A stretch of 64,000 bases of DNA from Hydrurus foetidus (lineage: Eukaryota). A model generated the notes under the pieces. That model made no database searches, was not told the origin of the DNA, and was given only the letters and a program-made list of their open reading frames with translations. The DNA lies in NCBI GenBank assembly GCA_900617105.1, contig UYFQ01000154.1, forward strand, positions 1 to 64,000. Direction: 5' to 3'. Of this stretch, positions 45,728 to 59,900 are shown piece after piece. The first letter of the stretch is position 1. The number at the start of each line of letters is the position of its first letter. The translations under genes were made by a program, and so were the position numbers.

Positions 45728-46819
45728 TTGCGCAGCACAGCCTTCGAAATGGCAGGAGGATTTGGTGATGAAGATGATATCGTGAGAAAAATGTCAAGGG
45801 AACTTATTGATGAACAACCCAAGATTGGTGCTGCTGTAAAAAACCTTATAGCGATGGTGTTAGGAAGATCCATTTCAGATCCATCCACAAATCTCCTATT
45901 TGGAGAAGATCTCGTTTTTACACCTGAGATAGGACTAGCCTGTGGTCGCTGCCTATTGCAGTCAATTCAGAGGTTATTATATCCTTCTTCACAATCAGGG
46001 ATGAAAGTAGTTCATAGACTTTGAACAATATTCAACTTTATTCGTTGTTCAGATTTGAGCTCAAGTCAGCCTGATGATCAAACAGGTCAGTGCATACTGC
46101 AATAGAACAAGCTGACCTATCTACAGAACGCTAGTGAATAAATTTCTGGAATTCATTTTACGATAGTTACTTCTGCTCAGCTGATAATGTGAAGTTGGTT
46201 GCATTCTTACTCTTTTCTTTGCGACCGTATGTTTGTAGGATGAATCATCACATGTTACCGAAGGTTGCATTCTCTCACAGCACTTAATTTATTCTCAACA
46301 GGAGATAAGCGATTAGACGAACTCTTGAAATACAAATGCTTATATGATATGACCCAAAGAATGAAGGCTCAAAATGGTTGGAAGGTATCCTCTTCTTTTG
46401 GTCGGTCTTATTTGAAGATCTCTAGGAGTTGGCCATCTATAAAATCTACAATAGTCCTCCCTCCTCTAGTGCACACGGAAATGTTTGATTACTTTTTACG
46501 TCACTTTGAGAGTTCACTGCTGCTAGATGCTAATGAGCCACTAGATGCGATGGACGATAATAGCTTGGTTTGGGCAGTCAACTTCTATGAAGCGTTAAAG
46601 AGGAGACAAGATAAAAGGAAAGTTGAGGCGAAGAAAAGAATAGCATTAGATGAGAAAAGAGCTGCTAGAGATGCAGAAGAAAGCGACTGGGAGGACAGCG
46701 ATGATGAAAAGGACGGGAAATCGGATGGGAACAAGGATGAAGTTGATCTCAATGGTGAGGTGAAGAGTGAGAATCTGAAAGGAAAGGTTTCCCAGACGAG
46801 CTCTCATGACATAGATTAA
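45728..46819 (+). CDS. Hypothetical protein or gene relic (copy 1); exon structure unresolved, acidic C-terminus
   Basis: Protein-like ORFs at 45728-46024 and about 46302-46819, the latter preceded by a cag acceptor. No family recognised. Confidence 0.45.
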
Positions 46820-47823
46820 ACCACCACAAGAACTCAGCTGTCACTTACACTCTCTTTACTTATTGGAGAAACCGTATCGAATCTTTGATTCTCTTGGCAG
46901 TTACATAATGTTAATACTGAATACTTAATACTATCCTTTGCATAGATGTTCAGCACACAAAAATAAACATCGAGTACATAATTATGGTATAACTTACATG
47001 AGCTTTGAGTTAACGAAATAAATCACGAGTTCAATTTTCAAGACGAGAGTAACAGGAACTAGCCCCCAGAACGTTTTTTTCAACACCGTACTCAGGCTAA
47101 ACTCAACCGATAAATCGCAACCAGGATTATTGTGAAGTGACTTACATATTTGTGTTTCGTTAGTTACGTCATCACGGTGACGCTGAAGAAAGTCTCTTTT
47201 AGTTGGTCACATAATCCTTTGTAAAGTCGTAAAGAAGTATTCAATTTTGTCCTCTTGACAGCTTATTACCCGTGAGATTGATGTGTAGTACATCATGCAG
47301 CAGAGTGTGATTCCGCTCGCTGGATAGAGCAGGATCATTTCTAACGATAGACTCAAAGGATAAGCATGAATGGTGTGTTGCTGGTGTCATCTTTATGTAC
47401 AGCAAGCAACACTGTACAGTGACTTTTTTCGTTTCATCGCTGGATATGTATCCAGCAGATGAGGTTGTGCAGCAGTAATCGGCTTTCTAAATTGACTTGG
47501 TACACTTACAGGAAATTTTTATTCTACTATGCCATTTAAGCTCTTTCTTGATTCTGCGGGGATCGTTGAGAGCAATACATGTTGCGGCGTCAGGTACCAA
47601 TGTTGTAGATCAATCATACAGCTGATGACTTACAAGACTTAATGTGGAGAAGTCTGGGGAGAGTTTTGGTGGTAAAAACGTTTCTGGAGATTGGTTTGTC
47701 TGATCCTCTTGTTACTTGAGAAGTCTGAGACTACTACTCTTTAGCTAAGGTGCCTGTGTTTCCTCATATAATGGTGGTGTTGATAAACACCGTTTTGTTG
47801 ATTGGTTGTGGTTGATACATCTT

Positions 47824-48198
<375 letters not shown>

Positions 48199-48315
48199 TT
48201 AATTGTGGGTTCAGTTTTCGAAAATTCAATATGACTTTTTCCTTTTTTTTGAAAGTTCAATCCCAAATCTCAAATCTCCACCTGTCTACTGTCTGTCCTA
48301 AACACATAACACTGA

Positions 48316-48783
<468 letters not shown>

Positions 48784-49168
48784 GAACCTAGTCTTCGAGA
48801 ACAAAAACGGTGTTTATCAACACCACCACCATAACTGGAAATCAAGTCCAACAAATATATGACTCACATCTTCTCAATCCAGCGGAGCAGTATATACCAC
48901 AGACCTCCTGCGGAACCATCACTACATCTCGCTCTGAACATACCCGCAAGCTACCTCGGCACCACTCATCGTCTCCCTCCCAAGGAGCATCTGCCTCTTC
49001 TCCCACAGTATCACTACATCGAATATGTTACTTCCTCTTCAGACTGTCCTGAGCAAATCACACCCAAGAAGGAAGAGCTCCAGGACATTATTCCAGGGAG
49101 CTGTCACCTGACGCGAATACAGCAACATTCCTTTATTATATTATAAAATAGATTTTATAAACAAGTCC

Positions 49169-50368
49169 CTACGGATCCCACGGCATGGATAAAGCAATCT
49201 TATACACGCTAGACTTAGGCTGATCTAATATCTTCACAGTCAGTTTGACCGCCTCAGATCGCGCCACACCGTCTACCCTGAGTGCCCGAAGCGACTCCTT
49301 TATGCTACTCTCTATATCCGCTTCAGAAACAGCCGCACCCACGAATGGACCGAAAACCACAGTGAACTCTCCCCTAATCCTATTTTCCTCCTGCATAATA
49401 TCCGTCAGTAAATAATAATAAGATCACAAAAAGAGGAATTGGGGCACTCCATTGATATTCTCATGTGGAGTGACTACATCAGTCAAGTGTCGCAACAACA
49501 TAAACAGAGAAGAGAGTGATGCATGAGGCAGACTTACGTCATTATCCCCAAATTCTTCCAACCATGCCAAACATTCATCCACAGTTCCTCGTTTGAACTC
49601 TTCGTGCATCTTAGTGAGTTCTCTACAGCACAAACATGGTCGTTGTCCCTGTCCGTACTCTTTACTAGCCAGTTGTCTAAAGGTCATTTTCATGCGGTGT
49701 GGCGCTTCATATATAACCACAGGATGTTGAAGACGCGTTATTTGATCCAATTTTTGACTCCTCTCCTTTCCTTTCACAGCTAAAAATCCTAAGAAACTGA
49801 ATTCTGATGCCTGGAAGCCACAGACAGACAGTGCAGCTACCACTGCAGAGGGTCCAGGAATAGGATGCAAGGGGACATTGTGCGTCAGCAGTGCTTCTGC
49901 AAGCTCTGCTCCTGGATCGCAGATGCCTGGCGTTCCAGCATCACTGACAACTGCTAAACTTTTGCCCTCTTGGACCAAACTCAATATCTTGGGTATCTGT
50001 TCTTTCCAATTGTGTTCGTGATGACTCAGTAAGTCCTTGTGAGGTAAAGAGAGATGTCTCAACAACTTGACTGTGTGTCTAGTGTCCTCAGCGCAGATCA
50101 AGTCGACCTGTGACAATACATCTATCGCTCTGCTAGTCATGTCGCCTAAATTACCCAATGGGGTGGCAACGAAGTAAACATGACCTGGTTCGACTGCTGA
50201 TGAATTCGCTGCTGTTCCAGTTGAGTAACTTTCTGAAGGAATAACTAGTGGAGCAGAGAACAGCGCACCACGAGAGAGTAGAGATCGTGAGTGCCTTACG
50301 ACGCCTAAACTAGTTCGCAGGAGACCTGCTGACATCAGTCCAACACAAAAAAGATGTATTTCCTTCAT
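49169..50368 (-). CDS. rsmI: RsmI-like methyltransferase (copy 2), 2 exons
   Basis: Same as copy 1 except I23V. Confidence 0.92.
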
Positions 50369-50695
50369 AAAGTTGTATCTTCCCTATTGTGCTCCGTGAC
50401 AGCCATGCAGTAACCTCCAGCTGCTCTCCTGCACCTACAAGATTGTAGCAATTACTGAAGGAGATCCAGCGGAGTAAAGCCGAAGTCGCCAAGTTGTTGA
50501 AGATGGTAAATATCTCCCTCACTGTTGAATATTTCCTGCCTGGAGGTTTGAGAGTAATAATGGATTAGTTGTTAGTTGTAGTGGAACAATAATTAGATGC
50601 TCCTTCAAATTCTTACCAAAATCGGGAGAGACTTCCGAAGACACTACCATCATCACCTTGATCACAAGTACACAGAAGTTGGCTGTCAAATTTGA

Positions 50696-51816
50696 TTGCG
50701 CAGCACAGCCTTCGAAATGGCAGGAGGATTTGGTGATGAAGATGATATCGTGAGAAAAATGTCAAGGGAACTTATTGATGAACAACCCAAGATTGGTGCT
50801 GCTGTAAAAAACCTTATAGCGATGGTGTTAGGAAGATCCATTTCAGATCCATCCACAAATCTCCTATTTGGAGAAGATCTCGTTTTTACACCTGAGATAG
50901 GACTAGCCTGTGGTCGCTGCCTATTGCAGTCAATTCAGAGGTTATTATATCCTTCTTCACAATCAGGGATGAAAGTAGTTCATAGACTTTGAACAATATT
51001 CAACTTTATTCGTTGTTCAGATTTGAGCTCAAGGAACCTGTGAGTTGGGGAGAAAGCCACCTTCAGCCTGATGATCAAACAGGTCAGTGCATACTGCAAT
51101 AGAACAAGCTGACCTATCTACAGAACGCTAGTGAATAAATTTCTGGAATTCATTTTACGATAGTTACTTCTGCTCAGCTGATAATGTGAAGTTGGTTGCA
51201 TTCTTACTCTTTTCTTTGCGACCGTATGTTTGTAGGATGAATTATCACATGTTACCGAAGGTTGCATTCTCTCACAGCACTTAATTTATTCTCAACAGGA
51301 GATAAGCGATTAGACGAACTCTTGAAATACAAATGCTTATATGATATGACCCAAAGAATGAAGGCTCAAAATGGTTGGAAGGTATCCTCTTCTTTTGGTC
51401 GGTCTTATTTGAAGATCTCTAGGAGTTGGCCGTCTATAAAATCTACAATAGTCCTCCCTCCTCTAGTGCACACGGAAATGTTCGATTACTTTTTACGTCA
51501 CTTTGAGAGTTCACTGCTGCTAGATGCTAATGAGCCACTAGATGCGATGGACGATAATAGCTTGGTTTGGGCAGTCAACTTCTATGAAGCGTTAAAGAGG
51601 AGACAAGATAAAAGGAAAGTTGAGGCGAAGAAAAGAATAGCATTAGATGAGAAAAGAGCTGCTAGAGATGCAGAAGAAAGCGACTGGGAGGACAGCGATG
51701 ATGAAAAGGACGGGAAATCGGATGGGAACAAGGATGAAGTTGATCTCAATGGTGAGGTGAAGAGTGAGAATTTGAAAGGAAAGGTTTCCCAGACGAGCTC
51801 TCATGACATAGATTAA
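50696..51816 (+). CDS. Hypothetical protein or gene relic (copy 2)
   Basis: Duplicate of 45728-46819 with 29 extra bp near 51034-51062. Confidence 0.45.
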
Positions 51817-52836
51817 ACCACCCCAAGAATTCAGCTGTCACTTACACTCTCTTTACTTATTGGAGAAACCGTATCGAATCTTTGATTCTCTTGGCAATTA
51901 CATAATGTTAATACTGAATACTTAATACTATCCTTTGCATAGATGTTCAGCACACAAAAATAAACATCGAGTACATAATTATGGTATAACTTACATGAGC
52001 TTTGAATAGACGATGCTAACGAAATAAATCACGAGTTCAATTTTCAAGACGAGAGTAACAGGAACTAGCCCCCAGAACGTTTTTTTCAACACCGTACTCA
52101 GGCTAAACTCAACCGATAAATCGCAACCAGGATTATTGTGAGGTGACTTACATATTTGTGTTTCGTTAGTTACGTCATCACGGTGACGCTGAAGAAAGTC
52201 TCTTTTAGTTGGTCACATAATCCTTTGTAAAGTCGTAGGGAAGTATTCAATTTTGTCCTCTTGACAGCTTATTACCCGTGAGATTGATGTGTAGTACATC
52301 ATGCATCAGAGTGGAATCGGTATAATAGGGAATAATCCTCCCTTGGTTGGTCGTCCATGTCGGACGAACTGTTTTTACCCATTGAACTAATTCATGAATT
52401 GCTTAAAAGACTGAAAGGAATCCAGTGGTGTGTGCACTGTAGCTGATCGGTCATTTCTTGATCTTGTGCGAATAGGAAAAGGAAAAGATACAGGTGATGA
52501 ATAAAACGATACTATCATCGTCAAAAATGACACGCAGTATTTTCTATGTTGTCGAAGTGTTGGTGGCACACATCAAGCTCCATTGAGAGACAAGAGAGTC
52601 ACTCACTCAGAGAAAGTGTAGGTAGGAATTGCGATTGCCGCATAGAGCAGGATCATCCCTAACGGTAGGATATGAGGATAAGCATGCGTGGTATGTTGCC
52701 GGTGTCATCTCCATGCTCAGCACAGTACACGCTACTGTACGGCACTATCGATCAGTAAGAATGGTTTGCAACATCTTATGACATACATGCATCCGTAGAT
52801 TGTATTGGTGGGTATTTCACAACATGCATCAACATA

Positions 52837-52907
52837 GCGTCAATGGTGTAGTGGTAACATGGAACCCTTCCAAGGTTCAGCTGGGGGTCCGATTCCCCCT
52901 TGACGCA
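52837..52907 (+). tRNA. tRNA-Gly(TCC)
   Basis: Cloverleaf: acceptor GCGTCAA/TTGACGC, D stem GTGT/ACAT, anticodon arm GAACC-CTTCCAA-GGTTC, T arm GGGGG-TCCGATT-CCCCC. A T-run Pol III terminator follows just downstream. Confidence 0.9.
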
Positions 52908-53906
52908 CGTTTTTTCTTTGTGGTGTCTTCAGTTCTCAGCCCCCCAGTGGTACGTACCGACAGAGGTTGCCCAGACGTTTCCTATTCGCCCCCCGCCCGA
53001 TACATTTTCGTGTAGCTTCGTTTTGGACCTTCCTTCACATCTTGTTTTTTGAAAACAAATCGTACTCGACAGCAACTTAGTAGCGCTACTTCCATTCCCG
53101 AAATCGTTTTTCTTCGAAACGAATATCATTATGCGGAGATCCCAGTGGTGTCAGAAACCTAACTTAATCGGTTCTCGGTAGCAGCAAAAACGCTATGAAA
53201 AACTTTCTCGACGAGCTTCACTCAATAAAAATACATGAAGCAGTGATGAATCGACTTCTGAAGTCAAAATTTTTTAAAACAAAAATTTTCGCACTCTTTT
53301 TCCCACAATTTTGAAAGTGCGGGACTAAAATTAGATTGCGAATGAAACTTCAGATAAAGTTAGCAGCAAAATCGAATCTGCAATCGTCAAATTAGTAGGG
53401 ATCCATAAGGGTTTGACTTAAAACTGAAGATTTCTTGAGATGCAGTAACTTTGGTCGTAAATCTGGGTGTCTTCACGGTTTTCGGGTGTGATTATCACTG
53501 ATTTCGCGGGAGAACACAGAGATTACTGACCGAGAAAAATTTCTGACTTCAGAAGTCGATGCATCACTGCTTTATGTATATTTTTAGAGTGATCCAGAAC
53601 GTTTTTCGATTTTTTTCAAAGCGTTTTTGCTGCTACCGAGAACCGATTAAGTTAGGTTTCTGACACCACTGGGATCTCCGCATAATGATATTCGTTTCGA
53701 AGAAAAACGATTTCGGGAATGGAAGTAGCGCTACTAAGTTGCTGTCGAGTACGATTTGTTTTCAAAAAACAAGATGTGAAGGAAGGTCCAAAACGAAGCT
53801 ACACGAAAATGTATCGGGCGGGGGGCGAATAGGAAACGTCTGGGCAACCTCTGTCGGTACGTACCACTGGGGGGCTGAGAACTGAAGACACCACAAAGAA
53901 AAAACG

Positions 53907-53977
53907 TGCGTCAAGGGGGAATCGGACCCCCAGCTGAACCTTGGAAGGGTTCCATGTTACCACTACACCATTGACGC
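53907..53977 (-). tRNA. tRNA-Gly(TCC), identical inverted copy
   Basis: Exact reverse complement of 52837-52907. Confidence 0.9.
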
Positions 53978-54887
53978 TATGTTGATGCATGTTGTGAAAT
54001 ACCCACCAATACAATCTACGGATGCATGTATGTCATAAGATGTTGCAAACCATTCTTACTGATCGATAGTGCCGTACAGTAGCGTGTACTGTGCTGAGCA
54101 TGGAGATGACACCGGCAACATACCACGGATGCTTATCCTCATATCCTACCGTTAGGGATGATCCTGCTCTATGCGGCAATCGCAATTCCTACCTACACTT
54201 TCTCTGAGTGAGTGACTCTCTTGTCTCTCAATGGAGCTTGATGTGTGCCACCAACACTTCGACAACATAGAAAATACTGCGTGTCACTCTCAATGATCAT
54301 TTATCTAAAATTTTGTTTAAATTTTCTTTTTTGTTGATGAGTAGAATTACGGCTATTCCCACTCCTGTCAGATCACAGTATGACCGATCAGCTACATTTC
54401 ACACACCACGGAATTCCTTTCAGCCAATGGGCGATCCATGAATAACTCAATGTGATAAAAGAACAATAATCCGCTAATAATTCCGGAGAGATTCAGCGGT
54501 CGATTTTACGTGGATCATACAAAGACGCCTGAAGATACGTTTTTTTGAATTGTCCAAGTTTTGCCTAATAAATGGTAATTAATCAATTATGAGTCGTCAT
54601 GTTCACGAGATAATTGTCCTTTCAAGTCTTTGATTTTCAGACCCGGCACTTATGAAATTTTCATTCAATTTGTTCGTAACAAAGAATGAGCGCAGTAGAG
54701 TTGGATACAAATTATCCAAAAAATGTAACGGTTACGTGGGCTGAAGTCATACTGCACGCAAATACGGTACAATTTCTTGTTGGTGACTGATAGTTCAAAA
54801 AGGGTTAAAGATCTAATTATATTACATAGTGACAGCAAATCAAACAAATTCTGCAGGGCGATAAAAATAGTTTTCGATATGTTGGAA

Positions 54888-55927
54888 TCACTTCTTCAGT
54901 TTTTTCTCTTTTTTCACTGGTTCAGCGCTGCCAAAAATATCATCTATTTCGTTATTAGATTCCTTCGACTTCTTACTTTTCTTTTCCTTTTTGACCTCCT
55001 CTACAACAACTGCTTCGGCATCTTCAACAACCTCTTTCTTCGATTTTTTGGGTTTTTTTACAGGCAGGATATAATCCTCAGCTTCAACTTCAACTTTTTT
55101 CTCCTTCTTCTTTTTAATTTCAGGAACATGTTCCTCGACATGCTCCACAACTTCGCTAATTTTAGAAGATTTGTCTTTTTTGGACTTCTTCGCCTTCTTA
55201 TCTTCCGCGACAACTTCTTCTATTTCCTCCTGAAGCAATTTCTTTTCTTTCTTGCTTTTCTTAACCGGAGCTTCTTCTATTTCTTCGTCTGACTCAACAG
55301 GTGGAAGTTTACTCTTTTTGTCCTTCTTTTTCTTGCCAACGTCTTTAGATATTTCTACCTCTACAACTTCTTCCTCGACAACGGGAGATTTCCTTTTCTT
55401 CTTCTTGATTAAATTCTCTATAGCTGCCTCTTCGTCTGCAGCTGCCGAAGCCTCCTTCTTTTTATCCTTTTTGTCCTTCTTCGGTTTTTTGCTGCTGCTG
55501 TCACACTCGATTTCATTCTCTTCGGTGCCTTCATCGTTCACTTTATCACTGCTGTCTTTCTTACTCTTTTTCCTCTTCTTCTTGTCCTTCTTATCTTCCT
55601 CTGATGCCTCATCATCTTCATTTTCAAATTGTCTTTTGTGGTATAATCCTAATCCTGAGCCTGCCCTCACAAAGTTTGAGTACAAGGCATTTTGAGGAAG
55701 AGTTGGATCCTTCGCAGATCCGTGAGTAGCAGTTTTGCTGTCAGAAATTAAATACAGAGGATTACAAATCTACAGATGCTTCCAATGTGTCACGAAATAC
55801 TGCTGCAGTGAGATTTCTTCATGCCGTGAGGGCGCGCAACATACCTGAACCCAAGACCACCGACTTTTCCTCTTGGAGCTAACTTGGCAAGAGTATCATG
55901 CAGTCTCTGAAGCTTTTCGGCCTCCAT
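54888..55927 (-). CDS. Lys/Glu-rich low-complexity protein, possibly nucleolar, 2 exons
   Basis: Exon 1 reads MEAEKLQRLHDTLAKLAPRGKVGGLGF followed by a GTATGT donor. Acceptor TTTCTGACAG near 55738 continues in frame as KTATHG...LYSNFVRAG and then a long KKE/KKD-rich tail. Function is inferred from composition only. Confidence 0.75.
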
Positions 55928-56900
55928 CAGAAAGTTTCAGTTGAAGAGAGCGTTTGTTGAACTAGACACAGCTCGGTTATTCCGTTGCAGTTCTCTTCCT
56001 TCTGACTGTTGCAATGTGAAGCTTCGTGCATAATGAGATAATGAGTAATTGGCAGAAGATGAATGAATGGTGGACGTCCGTTACGCTATTTCGTACTTAC
56101 GATTTACGACTTACGAATCATTCGAAATTCAAGTGTTGTTATTTTGGTGCGATGATTGATTCCAGCCTTAGTCCATTTTACTCTGCCATAATTATTCAAT
56201 CGAAAATTCTTCAGACTATTGAAACATCTTCCTGACACAATATCGTTATCTAAAATAGATAAATATTTAAAAAATAAATATCTAAAAATAGAATTGTTTT
56301 TTTAAGAGAACATCTTTAAATAATAGAGTTCGTTGACAACACAAAGCTAGATGTCGCTATGAGGAATTAATTGGAAGATAATGAGAAAAAATAAACATAT
56401 CAATTGATTGACGTCCGTTTTGCTTGTGTGATTACTACTTTTTTTATGCGCTGTATTTCGTTGAAGACCAAAGTCGTGGAGAGATGCAGATTTTTCTTTC
56501 GGCAACTCTTCGTGTTCCCACCCTTATGTAAAGAGCATGTCGGAATTCTACAGAGAGATTCTTCGTTTCTGCAGAGAGATTTTCGCACTGAACAAAAAAA
56601 TATACCGCTGGCCGCCGGAGTCCGATAGTCCGACACATTTTGGTACAAACTTTCCACGGATTTCGACGGGGTATATATTTGGCAGTGTCCCAGCAGCGAG
56701 ATGCCAAATTCTTGTAAATTGTATAATCTGATAGCTTGAGCTTCAGGGCTGCCTCCATTTCATCTCATCAAGTCAGAATTGTACGAACTGTTGCTACTGC
56801 TTCGAATTCTGGATCGCAGAAGCCGCAGTCGTTTTTCAAGCTGGTCGTTCTATTCTCTATTTAACTACTCTCATTCCGTTCTATTTCGGCTGGAGGAATA

Positions 56901-59900
56901 ATGGTTCTTCTTACTGCGAGTCGTACTCGTGTCATGTGCAACCTCGTTAGAATCTACCAATTATCTCGCATGCCGCTATCACGTTCAATCTCTGGACTGA
57001 TTAGTAGAATTGACGACACTCAGCGATCAAGCAACATTGCTCTGGTGGATGCTGACTACTCGAGGCCGATCAAAGAGATGAGTTATGGTCAGCTTTCGAA
57101 GCGATCTAAGCGAGTTGCTGCGAAACTCAGCGAGATTATGGACCCAGAAGTGCATTCAATTGGTAAGAAACATTGTTATGCTTGAGCACCATGTCTACTA
57201 GAGACGAGATGTGATATCGGACACTTCGAGCGAATCATGAGAGAGCCAACAAAATTGCTACTCTTATTGGGCATATGGTGATTGCAAATTCAATTGCCGT
57301 CAATGAAAGAATCTAGTTTGGTCACTCTACAACCACCACAGCTGTCACGACAGTACAATTATAATTAGTTTTAATAATGTCAATCGACTTTGAAACTTCT
57401 TTGGTTAATTTTGAATAGTGAATTCGTGAGAGCTCTTCTAAACTGTCACAATTGCCGCCTCTACAGACAGATTTCATTGAGCAACAATTAATCCCTCTCT
57501 TCTCACTATCAATCTGAAAAAAACTGAATTACCATCTAATTTAATCATTTACAGGATGTTATATTGGCGGCCACAGTGACTATGTAGTTGCGATGTTGGC
57601 TGTGTGGCGTCTTGGAAAAAGATTTGTCCCCTTGGGAATTACGCACCCAACTAAAGAACTCCAATACTTCTCAGCGGACAGCGACTTAGGCCTCATTTTA
57701 ATCTCATCGAAATCCGTGCAAAAAGATACCTCTACTACTGTTTTGAAAATTAGTGAGACTGTGGAATTTCAAAATATTCGGGGATTGGGAATTCCGTTAT
57801 TTGATTTAATGGATTATGAGGAAGATTCTTTTTCTGGAAAGAAAGTTCTGCACGAAAATAAAAATGAAAACATTTTAGATGATGTAAAAAAAAAGAAAGA
57901 AGGGGGATATGAGAGTTGTGAAGTGGGTGATGTTGACATGTCAGGATTGGACAATATAGATGCACTTGTTTTGTACACTAGCGGAACGACTGGTAGACCG
58001 AAAGGAGTGGCGCACACTAGAAAGGTAAGGAATGAGGGGTAACTGGAAGATGATCATCGACTGAGATGAAATGGTTAGATTGGAGTAAATTACGTGTCAG
58101 GGTAAAGGTTAGGTCAAGGTCAGGGTTCTGATTTAAAGTTCTCAAGATAAGCTCCAATTTTCTCAATTTGTAACATCGATAATTACCTTAGGATGGTAAT
58201 TATCGATATAACAAATAGAATGAAGTCGGAGCAATACTTTAGAATGCATATATTACTACGCCATAGAAAGTATTCGAATTCTTACAACGATATTTTTTAT
58301 TTTTGACAGCAGTCCTTTCCGCATGAAATTTCTTCAGGGTTTAGAATGCCTGATGGTATCATTGTGCACATCGTGGGAGTATTCGGAGACCGACAAGATA
58401 CTTCACTTTCTTCCACTTTATCACATGCACGGATTACTGAACAAACTGCTGTGCGTACTATACGAAGGTGAGTTGTGCAGGGTTTAAGTATTCTCAATTT
58501 TATTTCATGATTTCTTTTGTATGTTAAATGTTCTGTTATATTTCGTTTTGTCAAACGGTCTTTTATTTTCATTTTAATTTTATTCTTCTTCTTTCTCCTC
58601 ATTTTTCAATTTTCTGTTTTAATGCGAGTTTCATCTATTCAGAATTAAATGTTTTTTCTTCTCCAAATAGTCATCTTCCGTAGTTAGGAATTGTAAAACG
58701 TTGACGTTTCCGCAGCACGATCATTTCTATTTTGACACTCAAAATCATTTGATAGTTGCTAAGATTACATACGATATCCCCTGTATGAAGTGTATGCGTT
58801 TTATCCAACATTATTAACACTACCTCTTTTCCTCCTCTTTTCCTCCTCTTTTTCTCTTTTACAGGAGGATGCGTAGAATTTTGTCCAACAGCTAAATCAG
58901 AATTTCTATGGAATCGACTTGCGGCAGATAGTACTATTAGGTACGTACGTACAGTATGTACTTTCTTCTCTTTTTTATTTTTTTGATATTTTATTCGTAT
59001 GATTCTGTAGACTGTAAAGTCTTGATTTTTAACTTTGAAATTCATTATTATTGTTATTATCATTATTGCTTTATTTTGTTTTATTTTACTTTACTATACT
59101 TTACTTTACTTTACGTTACTTTATTTTTGATTATTTCACTGAAAGTACCGAGTGATATTGCTCGTTTGAACAAAGTGACGCTACTCATGTAACCTCGTTA
59201 CTGCAGTACCTCCATCCTCACTTCACTGCACTTCTCTATTCCTCCTCCAGCTCTGCCCCTCTTTCACTGTTCATGGCCGTGCCTACGGTATATGCCAAAA
59301 TGATCGAAACTGCACGTAAAATACCAAATGATACAATCGAAAAGGTGAGGAAGTGAGAAAGAAGAAAAAAAAGAGAAAAAAAGATAAAATGAAAAATAGG
59401 TGGAGGGGCGGTCGTGTGAGCGTGAAAATTATTTCGATGCCATACAACGATACCTGCCACTTAAAATCGTGAAACAGTACTTGTAATCACTATTTCAATT
59501 TATTATAGAATTATTTCTATTCTATTACATTTATGATTCTAATTTTATCGAGTTTTTGTTCTTATTTAATGATGTTCATTACTTTCATACAGTCACAGTC
59601 ATGAATCTTATTTTATCATGTCTGAAACATTCATATGTCAACATATACAATCAACTCTTTTTGCCCTTCAGGCTAGGGTAACTCTGCGTAGAATGAGACT
59701 GAACGTATCTGGGTCAGCCTCTCTACCTGACACCGTGATGGCCGCGTGGTTAGAATTGTCAGACCAGGTAAAGGAATAGAAATGGTTTCCTATCACCCAA
59801 CTTTTTAGACCCTCCCAATCCTCTCTTCCGACCCCATATCTTGAGGGATGTTCCAATTTTTCCGCACAATAATTTCGGAACTAAAGTCTCATAACGCTAT

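Larger units (their letters stand above)
52528..54286. repeat. Long inverted repeat: arms 52528-53194 and 53620-54286 (667 bp), spacer 425 bp
   Basis: Paired coordinates sum to 106814. I saw one mismatch (52686/54128). Weaker similarity extends both inward and outward. Confidence 0.95.

Noticed and set aside
52800..54014. Mirror-image 66-71-aa ORF pairs
   Set aside because: They are by-products of the inverted repeat and overlap the tRNA genes.
54777..55695. Phe/Leu/Ser-rich plus-strand ORFs
   Set aside because: These are antisense shadows of the Lys/Glu-rich minus-strand gene.
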